Part shown: positions 18,564-27,406 of the stretch, piece by piece | Layout: each line of letters starts with the position of its first letter | How positions within the stretch are numbered: position 1 is the first letter of the stretch | Assembly (NCBI GenBank): GCA_902519075.1 | Contig: CABYIO010000002.1 | Location: 2,015 to 66,014 of the forward strand | Length of the DNA stretch: 64,000 nt | Direction: 5' to 3' | Origin: an uncultured Bacteroidota bacterium | GTDB lineage: Bacteria > Bacteroidota > Bacteroidia > Flavobacteriales > Flavobacteriaceae | Notes under the pieces: generated by a model | Database searches by the model: none | Told to the model about the DNA's origin: nothing | What the model saw: the letters and a program-made list of their open reading frames with translations, nothing else | Position numbers and translations under genes: made by a program

Positions 18564-20819
18564 TTGAGCGATTTTTTAAATAACCTAAACAGTTCGCAGC
18601 TAGAATCCACACTTCAAATGAATGGCCCTATGATTGTCATTGCTGGAGCAGGATCGGGCAAAACCAGGGTTTTAACTTATAAAATTGCTTATTTAATGAC
18701 CCAAGGAGTAGACCCTTTCAATATTCTTGCATTAACCTTTACAAATAAAGCCGCTAAGGAAATGAAAGAAAGAATTGCTGGAATAGTAGGGGGTGAAGCT
18801 AAAAATCTTTGGATGGGTACTTTTCATTCGGTTTTTGCTAGGATATTAAGAATTGAAGCACACAAGATTGGTTACACTTCAAATTTTACGATTTATGATT
18901 CAGATGATTCTCAAAAACTAGTTGCCAGAATAATAAAAGAACTAAACTTAGATAAAGAACAGTATAAGTATAAAATTATTTTTTCAAGGATTTCATCTAT
19001 GAAAAATAATTTTATTTCAGCAGATCAATACATCAATGATGATGAGATGTTGTTGTCTGATAAAATTTCAAACAGGCCAAAATTTCATGAAATTTATAAA
19101 CAATATGTAGAAAGATGTTTTAAGGCTGGTGCTATGGATTTTGACGATCTTCTGCTGAAAACTAATGAGCTTTTAAATAGTTATCCTGACACTTTATCAA
19201 AATATCAAAATATTTTTAGATATATACTGGTAGATGAGTACCAAGACACAAATCATTCTCAATATTTAATTATTAAATCACTTTCGGATAAATTTCAAAA
19301 CATATGTGTTGTCGGAGATGATGCGCAGAGCATATATAGTTTTAGAGGCGCCAACATAAATAATATTTTAAATTTTCAAAAAGATTTTCCTGATTCAAAA
19401 CTTTTCAGATTAGAACAAAACTATAGATCAACAAAAAACATAGTAAATGCTGCAAACAGTATAATCGAATACAATCAAAAAAGGTTAAAGAAAAATGTAT
19501 GGACTAATAATGAGTCTGGTGAAAAAATAAGCGTAAATAAATTATTGACTGATGGTGAGGAGGGAAGGTTTGTAGCAGGTTCAATTTTTGAAAATAAGAT
19601 GCAATATCAGATGCAAAATTCTGATTTTGCTATTCTATATAGAACAAATGCGCAATCACGTTCATTTGAAGATGCCTTGAGAAAGAAAAATATTCCTTAT
19701 CGGGTTTACGGAGGTCTATCTTTTTACCAGAGAAAAGAAATAAAGGATGTCTTGGCTTATTTAAGATTATTAATTAATAATGATGATGAACAAGCTTTCA
19801 AAAGGATCATAAATTTTCCAGCCAGAGGAATTGGATTAACTACTCTAAATAAGATATCAATAGAGGCTAAAAATAATTCTGTGTCTGACTATACATATTT
19901 AAAAGATTATTCAAAATCTTCCACAATATTAAATAACTCTACAAAAAATAAGTTATTAGACTTTGTTGTTATGATTGAATCAATAAAGACTAAACTAGAA
20001 TCTTTAGATGTATTTGATATTACTAAGGAAGTGTTAAAACAATCAGGACTATATAATCTTTATAAAAATGACGAATCAATGGAAGGAATTAATAGAATTC
20101 AAAACATCGAAGAACTTCTTAATGGAATTAAAGATTTTGTGGAAAACAATGATAAAAATCAAGTTTCGGTTTCCACATTCTTGCAAGATGTTGCTTTAGC
20201 AACAGATCAGGATAATGAAAGTAATGACAAAAATAAAGTTGCCTTAATGACAATTCATCTTGCCAAAGGTCTTGAATTTCCGTTTGTTTATATTGTTGGT
20301 TTAGAAGAGAACTTATTTCCAAGTGCCATGAATCTCAATTCAAGAACTGAGCTAGAAGAGGAGAGAAGGTTATTTTATGTTGCTCTTACGAGAGCTGAGA
20401 AAAAGATATATCTTTCATATGTATTATCCAGGTATCGATGGGGAAAGCCTGTAGATTCAGAAAAAAGCAGATTTATTGATGAAATAAATGAAGAATTTCT
20501 AGAAAACAATATAATTCAAAATTCAATTACTAGGAATTTTTCAAATAATGATAAATATAATAATGTAGGAATTAGATACAAAAAACCTAAAAAAAGACCT
20601 CCGTCAAATTTTGTAAAAATTAAATCATCATCTGTTAAGTCTAACTTGTTTGACTCTAAATTGGTGGTTGGCAATATTGTAATGCATGAAAGATTTGGTA
20701 AAGGAAGAGTAATTTCAATTGATGGAATTGGAGGGGACAGGAAGGCTGAAATTAAATTTGAAAAAAACGGTATAAAAAAACTGTTACTTAGGTTCTCAAA
20801 GCTTGAAATTATTTCATAA
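18564..20819 (+). CDS. UvrD/PcrA/Rep-family ATP-dependent DNA helicase
   Basis: 751 aa with AGAGSGKT, DEYQDTN, VGDDAQSIYSFRGA and a C-terminal Tudor-like tail (GKGRVISI). TTG start. A near-consensus TATATTTA lies at 18535-18542. Confidence 0.9.
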   Translation: MSDFLNNLNSSQLESTLQMNGPMIVIAGAGSGKTRVLTYKIAYLMTQGVDPFNILALTFTNKAAKEMKERIAGIVGGEAKNLWMGTFHSVFARILRIEAHKIGYTSNFTIYDSDDSQKLVARIIKELNLDKEQYKYKIIFSRISSMKNNFISADQYINDDEMLLSDKISNRPKFHEIYKQYVERCFKAGAMDFDDLLLKTNELLNSYPDTLSKYQNIFRYILVDEYQDTNHSQYLIIKSLSDKFQNICVVGDDAQSIYSFRGANINNILNFQKDFPDSKLFRLEQNYRSTKNIVNAANSIIEYNQKRLKKNVWTNNESGEKISVNKLLTDGEEGRFVAGSIFENKMQYQMQNSDFAILYRTNAQSRSFEDALRKKNIPYRVYGGLSFYQRKEIKDVLAYLRLLINNDDEQAFKRIINFPARGIGLTTLNKISIEAKNNSVSDYTYLKDYSKSSTILNNSTKNKLLDFVVMIESIKTKLESLDVFDITKEVLKQSGLYNLYKNDESMEGINRIQNIEELLNGIKDFVENNDKNQVSVSTFLQDVALATDQDNESNDKNKVALMTIHLAKGLEFPFVYIVGLEENLFPSAMNLNSRTELEEERRLFYVALTRAEKKIYLSYVLSRYRWGKPVDSEKSRFIDEINEEFLENNIIQNSITRNFSNNDKYNNVGIRYKKPKKRPPSNFVKIKSSSVKSNLFDSKLVVGNIVMHERFGKGRVISIDGIGGDRKAEIKFEKNGIKKLLLRFSKLEIIS

Positions 20820-20846
20820 AAAAACCCACATTACGTGGGTTTTCTT
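20818..20846. terminator. Bidirectional intrinsic terminator hairpin
   Basis: AAAACCCAC (20821-20829) pairs with GTGGGTTTT (20835-20843) around the loop ATTAC. An A-run lies upstream and a T-run downstream, so it can work for both convergent genes. It sits in the only convergent junction in the window with a sizeable (42 nt) gap. Confidence 0.6.
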
Positions 20847-20861
20847 ATAAGCTCATCAAAT

Positions 20862-21713
20862 CTAATTTGATAGATTTTGCATTTCTTTTTCAATCATGTC
20901 ATAAAACTGATCGATTTTAGGCATGATAATAATTCTTGTTCTTCTGTTTGTTGCTCTATTCTCAGCATTGTCATTGTCTACTAAAGGATCATAGAAACTT
21001 CTTCCAGCCGCAATTAATCTACCAGGATTTACGTCAAGATCTTCAAGAACTCTTACAATAGAAGTAGCTCTTTTAACACTCAAGTCCCAATTATCAATAA
21101 GTACACCTCTTTCATAAGATCTGCTATCGGTATGACCTTCTACCATGCATTCAAAATCAGGCTTACCGTTAACAACTGTTGCAACCTTTCCTAGAATTTC
21201 TTTCGCTCTATCAGAAACTTCATAGCTTCCTGTTTTAAACAGTAACTTGTCAGATAATGAAATAAAAACAACTGCCTTATCTACATTAACTTCTATATCA
21301 GGGTCATTAATTCCAATTTCCTTCTTAAGGCTAGTAACCAAAGCAAATGTCACACTGTCCTTTCTATTTAGTGCATCCTGAATTCTAGTGATTTTTAAAT
21401 CTTTTTCTTTAATGCTTTCAAGGGTTTTTTCTAAATTCTCAGCTCCTTTTGTAGTTAACTCAAGATAATCCTGACTTTGGATGAACAATTGATCATTTCT
21501 TCTTTTTAAATCTGTAAGTTGTTCTTTATAAGCATCTGCCAGGGTTTCAGAGGTAGTTTTTTCTTCTAAACAAGCGTTTAATTTAATAGTCGCAGTATTT
21601 AAAAGGTCTTGTGTTTTCTTGTGTCTGTTTTCTAGAGATGTATACTCTTTTTTACTTACACATGAAGACATTACAAATAATGTAATTAAGCTTAAAAAAA
21701 ATGTTCTTTTCAT
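20862..21713 (-). CDS. OmpA/MotB-family peptidoglycan-binding lipoprotein with coiled-coil N-terminal half
   Basis: Start moved to the ATG giving MKRTFFLSLITLFVMSSC (lipobox). The C-terminus has VEGHTDSRSY, NWDLSVKRATSIVRVL and NRRTRIII. Confidence 0.85.
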   Translation of the reverse strand: MKRTFFLSLITLFVMSSCVSKKEYTSLENRHKKTQDLLNTATIKLNACLEEKTTSETLADAYKEQLTDLKRRNDQLFIQSQDYLELTTKGAENLEKTLESIKEKDLKITRIQDALNRKDSVTFALVTSLKKEIGINDPDIEVNVDKAVVFISLSDKLLFKTGSYEVSDRAKEILGKVATVVNGKPDFECMVEGHTDSRSYERGVLIDNWDLSVKRATSIVRVLEDLDVNPGRLIAAGRSFYDPLVDNDNAENRATNRRTRIIIMPKIDQFYDMIEKEMQNLSN

Positions 21714-21782
21714 TTTATAATATTTAATGTTAGTTGTACATAGTAAAAGTAGCAAAAAAGAAAACTTTATTAAATCAAATTT

Positions 21783-22757
21783 TCACCTTTTGTAAAATAG
21801 ATATTCACAAATTATTGATCTTATTTTATAATGTTTTATTTCCCTTTTGTTGTTTTTCCTAAATTTAATTAACAGGTTAATATGTTTATAAAACGAAAGA
21901 TATGCTTTGATTATTGCTACAAAATGCATTTTACCCTTATTAAACAGAGTAAATACTGCAATGATTAGATCAATAAAAAATTTCTCAATAAGCAGAAAGA
22001 ATAAATTATTTTTTGAATTTTTTGTGATTGTAAATAACATATTTCTATAGTTTAAATATGTTTTATTTGGGTCATTATGATTTAATGTACCTCCGTTAGC
22101 ATGATAAACAATAGATTTTGCATTAAATCTTATTTTAAACCCATGATTTTGTAATCTCCAGCATAGATCAATTTCTTCAAAATGAGCCCAATAAACATCA
22201 TCAAAACCGCCAAATTTTTTAAAAATATTATTTCTAATAAAAAAACAAGCCCCACATGCCCAGAATATTTCCCTTGTATTATCATATTGATTTTTATCTA
22301 CTTCAACATTATTATAGATTCTTCCATTGCAATAGGGGTATCCATATTTATCTAAAAACCCACCAGCAGCGCCCGCATAATCAAAATTTGACTTATTATA
22401 GTAATCCTTAAGTTTAGGTTGAATCACTGCTGTATTAGGTTCAGCAGTAAATTGTTTTAAGATTTCTTCTGTCCAATTTTCACTAACTTCAACATCATTA
22501 TTTAAAAGACATAGTATATCATCATCTATATTTTTCAACCCAATATTATAACCCTTAGCAAAACCATAATTTTTATCTAATTTTATAATTTTTACTCTGT
22601 TGAAATTAGATCTTATAAATTCAACTGAATCATCATTTGAGCCATTATCAATTAAATAAATATTATGAATAATAGGTGTGTGCTTTATAACAGACGGTAA
22701 AAATTTTTTAATCAAATTTTCACCATTCCAATTTAATATAACAACTCCTAGACTCAT
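21783..22757 (-). CDS. Family 2 glycosyltransferase
   Basis: 324 aa with VVILNWNG, LIDNGSNDDS and NNDVEV (GT-A fold), plus a hydrophobic C-terminal tail. Confidence 0.85.
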   Translation of the reverse strand: MSLGVVILNWNGENLIKKFLPSVIKHTPIIHNIYLIDNGSNDDSVEFIRSNFNRVKIIKLDKNYGFAKGYNIGLKNIDDDILCLLNNDVEVSENWTEEILKQFTAEPNTAVIQPKLKDYYNKSNFDYAGAAGGFLDKYGYPYCNGRIYNNVEVDKNQYDNTREIFWACGACFFIRNNIFKKFGGFDDVYWAHFEEIDLCWRLQNHGFKIRFNAKSIVYHANGGTLNHNDPNKTYLNYRNMLFTITKNSKNNLFFLLIEKFFIDLIIAVFTLFNKGKMHFVAIIKAYLSFYKHINLLIKFRKNNKREIKHYKIRSIICEYLFYKR

Positions 22758-23197
22758 ATATCAGAAGGGATTTCTTTTAGGAATTCAATTTTGTTTTGAA
22801 TATTATTGATTTTACAATAATAATGAATTATTCCATTTGTAACCATTAAAAATTTTGCATTTACAACTTGATTATATCTTATAATTTGATCAAAGCTGTT
22901 TTGTTCAATTTTAATATTTGGAGCTTTACATTCAACAAGTAATATACATGATCCATCACTATCATAAACCAAAATATCAAATCTCTTAGTTGTATTGTTT
23001 AGGTTAATCTTTTTTTCTACAGAAATTAAGCTTTTATTAAATTTTTTTTCTTTTTCTAGAAATCTTATACAATTTTGTCTTACCCACTCTTCGGGTGTCA
23101 ATTCAATAAATTTTTTTCTAATTTCATCAAAAATAAACCTCTTTTGATTAATTTTTTTTAATCTAAATTCATAATTTGGGAATGATAATTTTAACAT
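22754..23197 (-). CDS. HsdR_N-like (type I restriction enzyme R N-terminal domain) small protein, PD-(D/E)xK-like
   Basis: Contains EEWVRQNCIRFL and RFDILVYDSDGSCILLVECKAPN (D...ExK). Start moved to the ATG giving MLKLSFPNYEF, which avoids a 56-nt head-to-head overlap with holA. Confidence 0.65.
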   Translation of the reverse strand: MLKLSFPNYEFRLKKINQKRFIFDEIRKKFIELTPEEWVRQNCIRFLEKEKKFNKSLISVEKKINLNNTTKRFDILVYDSDGSCILLVECKAPNIKIEQNSFDQIIRYNQVVNAKFLMVTNGIIHYYCKINNIQNKIEFLKEIPSDI

Positions 23198-23210
23198 AGA
23201 TTTTTGATTA

Positions 23211-24218
23211 TTGAATACTATTTCCGAAATAAAAAATGATATAAAAAACAAAAACTTTTCTCCCATTTACCTTTTGATGGGTGAGGAGGAGTTTTACATA
23301 GACAATATAACTAATTTATTTATTGAAAATGTACTTACCAAGGAGGAGAAAGAATTCAACTTAAATATATTGTACGGAAAGGAAACTTCTGTAGATCAAA
23401 TAATATCTATTTGTAAAAAATATCCTTTGATGTCAAAACATCAAATTGTTTTGGTAAAAGAAGCTCAATACTTATCTAGATCTTTTGATGGTCTTATTGA
23501 TTATTTCAAGAAACCTCTAGAGTCTACAATCTTAATCATTAATTACAAACACAAATCGATTGATAAAAGAAAGTCTTCATTCAAAGAACTTAAGAAAAAT
23601 GCCAAAGTTTTTGAATCTAAAAAATTATATGATAATCAGGTTCAAAACTGGATAAATGATACTATCAATTCAGCTGGTTTTTCAATTGATAGAAAATCAG
23701 TTAGCCTTATAAACGAGCATTTAGGAAATAGTTTGAGTAAGATTTCTAACGAGATTGATAAATTACTTGAAATAAAGAAAAAAGAAAAAATAATTGAATT
23801 AGATGATATTGAGAAATATATAGGAATTTCAAAAGAGTTTAACAATTTTGAATTAAGAAAAGCATTGGGTGAAAAAAATTACAATAAAGCATTCCAGATA
23901 ACGCAATATTTTTCTGAAAATCCTAATTCTAACCCAATTGTTGTAACTATTTCTATAATTTTTGATTTCTTCAATAAGCTGCTTCTTTTTCATTCCAATA
24001 ACACGCTAAATGATACTAAAATTGCTTCTTTGTTAGGGATTAATCCATTTTTTATAAAAGAATACAAAACCGCATCAATAAACTATGATTTAAAACAGGT
24101 TGTAAGAATTATTTCAATTTTAAGAGATTATGACATGTTCTCAAAAGGAGTAGGGGTTAAAAAGGCAGACCCATCTCTTCTAAAAGAGATGGTAGTAAAA
24201 ATTATTAATATAAGCTAA
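23211..24218 (+). CDS. holA: DNA polymerase III subunit delta
   Basis: 335 aa. The N-terminus ..FSPIYLLMGEEEFYID and the size are typical of HolA. TTG start, with no in-frame ATG before the conserved motif. Confidence 0.85.
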   Translation: MNTISEIKNDIKNKNFSPIYLLMGEEEFYIDNITNLFIENVLTKEEKEFNLNILYGKETSVDQIISICKKYPLMSKHQIVLVKEAQYLSRSFDGLIDYFKKPLESTILIINYKHKSIDKRKSSFKELKKNAKVFESKKLYDNQVQNWINDTINSAGFSIDRKSVSLINEHLGNSLSKISNEIDKLLEIKKKEKIIELDDIEKYIGISKEFNNFELRKALGEKNYNKAFQITQYFSENPNSNPIVVTISIIFDFFNKLLLFHSNNTLNDTKIASLLGINPFFIKEYKTASINYDLKQVVRIISILRDYDMFSKGVGVKKADPSLLKEMVVKIINIS

Positions 24219-26611
24219 ATAGGATATTCTTCAGGATTTAGTTCATTTATAACTGAATAAATTTTGTTAAAAATTTCATCCATCGATGGCTTGGAAAAAT
24301 AGTCCCCATCTGTCCCATATGCTGGTCTGTGATCTTGGGCTGATAAAGTATATGGCTTGCTGTCTAAATAATTATATATATTCTGTTTATTTATGAGGTT
24401 GTCTAATATATAAGCACTAGCTCCTCCAGAAAAATCTTCATCAATAATTATGATTCTATTTGTCTTTTTAACGCTTTCACATATATCATTATCTGAATCA
24501 AAAGGAATTAATGATTGACAATCAATTATTTCACAACTGATATTGAACTTTTCTAATTCTATTGCAGCTTTCTCAATTAACTTTAATGTTGAGCCATAAG
24601 AAACAACTGTAATATCATTACCTGTTCTTATTTTTTCAACTTTACCAATTTGAACGGTAAATTCTCCAATATTATTTGGTGTTTTTTCTTTTGATCTGTA
24701 ACCATTTAAACATTCAACAACAATTGCAGGTTGATCACCCTTAAGTAAAGCATTGTAAAATCCTGCCGCAATTGTCATGTTTCTGGGAACTAAAAGGTAT
24801 ATTCCTCTTAACAGGTTTATCATACCACCCATAGGTGAACCTGAATGCCAAATACCTTCAAGTCTATGTCCTCTAGTTCTAACAATAAGAGGAGCTTTTT
24901 GTTTTCCTCTTGTTCTGTAATGAAGTGTAGCTAAGTCATCACTTAATATTTGAATTGAATAAAGCAGGTAGTCCAAGTATTGTATTTCTGCAATAGGTCT
25001 TAAACCTCTCAGGGCTAATCCAATACCTTGTCCAATAATAGTAGCTTCACGAATTCCAGTATCAAAAACCCTTGTTTCTCCAAAAATATCTTGAAGACCC
25101 TCAAGCCCTTGATTTACCCCACCAATCTTTCCGGAATCTTGACCGAATATTACAACGTTATCGTACTTTTCTAAAATTTGTCTAAAATTTTCTCTTAATA
25201 TAATTCTACCATCTACTACTTCAGAATTTTCGTCATATATAGGTTTGACAACAGAAATGTTTGATGGATTATATTTTGATTCACTATATAAATGCGAGCT
25301 GTAATCATATTGTGTCTTTATACGAAGTTTATTCAACCAATCTTTTAACAAATAAATATTAGTGTTTTTTTCCAACATTAATTCTCGTATGATTTTATTT
25401 GTAGAGGTAAATAAGTCTCTTTTGTACGGCTCTTTGACTTTATTTAATTCATCAAGTATATTTATGATATTGGAATTACTTGTATTGATATTTTCTTTTA
25501 GAATAGTGTTCAGTTCACTAATATTTTCAACTGTTTGATTTACCGAATTTCTTTTCGCATCAATTTTCGATTTACTGACACTTTTTTTGCTATCACTTTC
25601 GATTTTATCTAAATCTTTAGAATTGACAATTTTGTTTTCTAATATCCATTCTCTCATTTTTTTAATGCAATCGTAATCCTTTTCCCATTTCAATCTTTCC
25701 TTAGATTTATATCTTTCATGAGAACCTGAAGTTGAATGTCCAAGTGGTTGTGTAAGTTCATTTACATGAATTATGACAGGAATATGTTTATTTCTGCAAA
25801 TTTCTTCTGCTTTTTCATAAGTTTTCATAAGCTCAACATAATCCCATCCTTTAACTTTAAATATTTCAAATCCCTTTGAATCTTTATCTCTTTTAAAACC
25901 TTTTAAAACTTCAGAAATATCACCTTTTGTTGTTTGATATTCTGCTGGAACAGAAATACCATAATTGTCATCCCAAATGCTTATAATCATTGGTATTTGC
26001 ATTACTCCAGCAGCATTTATGCTTTCAAAGAAATGACCTTCACTTGTAGCTGCATCACCAATTGTTCCCCACGCAATTTCATTTCCGTTTTTTGTAAACT
26101 TTTCGGAGTCAGAAATTTTAATTTCTTTATAAATTTTAGAGGCTTGAGCTAATCCAAGTAACCTTGGCATTTGACTTCCGGTGGGAGATAAGTCTGCACT
26201 TGAGTTATATTGATTATTAAGATTTACCCAATCATAATCATTGTCAAGACTGTGAGTTGAAAACGAGCTACCCATCTGTCTACCTGCACTCATTGGGTCA
26301 TAATTGATGTCGGTATGAGCATATAGTCCTGCAAAAAATTGTTTTGGTGTTACTTCATTTATAGATAGCATAAAAGTTTGATCTCTGTAATATCCAGAAC
26401 GAAAATCACCTTTTTTAAAGAACTTTGCCATTGCAATCTGTGGAAGCTCTTTTCCATCACCAAAAATTCCAAAGCTTGCTTTTCCGGTAAGAACTTCTCT
26501 TCTTCCAATTATACTACATTCTCTGCTAGTGAACGCAACTCTGTAATCTTCTAGAATCTCTTCTTTAAATTGGTCAAATGAGATTGAGTTTTTATTGTTT
26601 TTAGATTGCAT
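24215..26611 (-). CDS. Fused E1 alpha/beta subunit of a 2-oxoacid dehydrogenase (TPP-dependent)
   Basis: 798 aa. The N-half resembles E1-alpha (GTIGDAATSEG ... WDDNYGIS). The C-half resembles E1-beta/transketolase (FDTGIREATIIGQGIGLA, then a C-terminal domain). Confidence 0.85.
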   Translation of the reverse strand: MQSKNNKNSISFDQFKEEILEDYRVAFTSRECSIIGRREVLTGKASFGIFGDGKELPQIAMAKFFKKGDFRSGYYRDQTFMLSINEVTPKQFFAGLYAHTDINYDPMSAGRQMGSSFSTHSLDNDYDWVNLNNQYNSSADLSPTGSQMPRLLGLAQASKIYKEIKISDSEKFTKNGNEIAWGTIGDAATSEGHFFESINAAGVMQIPMIISIWDDNYGISVPAEYQTTKGDISEVLKGFKRDKDSKGFEIFKVKGWDYVELMKTYEKAEEICRNKHIPVIIHVNELTQPLGHSTSGSHERYKSKERLKWEKDYDCIKKMREWILENKIVNSKDLDKIESDSKKSVSKSKIDAKRNSVNQTVENISELNTILKENINTSNSNIINILDELNKVKEPYKRDLFTSTNKIIRELMLEKNTNIYLLKDWLNKLRIKTQYDYSSHLYSESKYNPSNISVVKPIYDENSEVVDGRIILRENFRQILEKYDNVVIFGQDSGKIGGVNQGLEGLQDIFGETRVFDTGIREATIIGQGIGLALRGLRPIAEIQYLDYLLYSIQILSDDLATLHYRTRGKQKAPLIVRTRGHRLEGIWHSGSPMGGMINLLRGIYLLVPRNMTIAAGFYNALLKGDQPAIVVECLNGYRSKEKTPNNIGEFTVQIGKVEKIRTGNDITVVSYGSTLKLIEKAAIELEKFNISCEIIDCQSLIPFDSDNDICESVKKTNRIIIIDEDFSGGASAYILDNLINKQNIYNYLDSKPYTLSAQDHRPAYGTDGDYFSKPSMDEIFNKIYSVINELNPEEYPI

Positions 26612-26633
26612 GGAATGATGAAATAGCAGATTA

Positions 26634-26641
26634 CAAATTTA
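26634..26641 (-). promoter_or_regulatory. Candidate -7 promoter element TAAATTTG
   Basis: Minus-strand perfect TAnnTTTG 22 nt upstream of ATG 26611. Confidence 0.45.
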
Positions 26642-26710
26642 CTTAATCATCAATGCATTTGCAATTTTCTTTTGCTATTTAAGCATAATTATTAATGCGT
26701 AACCTGAAAA

Positions 26711-27397
26711 TTAAAAATTTGGAGTAAAAACATAATTTTTATGAAATTCCTCAAGGATTTCAATTACTTCCTCTTTTGTGTCTGCTGTAAGGAACAAATC
26801 TAAATCTGATTCACTTATGTTTTTGTTGTTTGTAAGTAGTGTTTTTTTAATCCAATCAATCATACCATTCCAAAATTCTGTTCCTACTAATATTATTGGG
26901 AATTTCTCAGCTTTGTATGTTTGAATTAAGGTGATTGCTTCAAAAAGTTCGTCAAGAGTACCAAAACCTCCAGGCATCACAACAAAGCCTTGAGCGTATT
27001 TAACAAACATTACTTTTCGGACAAAGAAATAATCAAAATTTAACTGTTTATCCTTATCAATATATTTGTTATTAGTATCCTCAAAAGGTAAGTTGATACA
27101 TAACCCAACAGATTTACCCTTTACACGATTTGCACCTTTATTGGCAGCTTCCATAATTCCAGGGCCACCACCAGTGATAACTCCATAACCTCTTTCAACG
27201 ATAGCTTCAGAAATATCTTCAGCTAATTTGTAATATTTATGGTCTGGTTTTGTTCTTGCAGATCCAAAAATTGAAATGCAAGGCCCTATAGCACTTAATT
27301 TTTCATATCCTTCAACAAATTCACCCATGATTTTAAAAATTGACCATGAGTCATTTGTTTTAGTTTCATTCCATTTTTTATTTCTTCTTTCCTTCAT
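26711..27397 (-). CDS. LOG-family (TIGR00730-type) nucleotide 5'-monophosphate nucleosidase
   Basis: 228 aa with GGGPGIMEAANKGA and PGGFGTLDELFE. Confidence 0.9.
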   Translation of the reverse strand: MKERRNKKWNETKTNDSWSIFKIMGEFVEGYEKLSAIGPCISIFGSARTKPDHKYYKLAEDISEAIVERGYGVITGGGPGIMEAANKGANRVKGKSVGLCINLPFEDTNNKYIDKDKQLNFDYFFVRKVMFVKYAQGFVVMPGGFGTLDELFEAITLIQTYKAEKFPIILVGTEFWNGMIDWIKKTLLTNNKNISESDLDLFLTADTKEEVIEILEEFHKNYVFTPNF

Positions 27398-27406
27398 TTC
27401 TGTAAA

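Noticed and set aside
22754-23197. HsdR_N-like gene as part of a type I restriction-modification or other defence system.
   Set aside because: No HsdM or HsdS, helicase or other defence genes are adjacent. The protein is only the small N-terminal domain, and its neighbours are housekeeping genes (holA and a GT2 glycosyltransferase).
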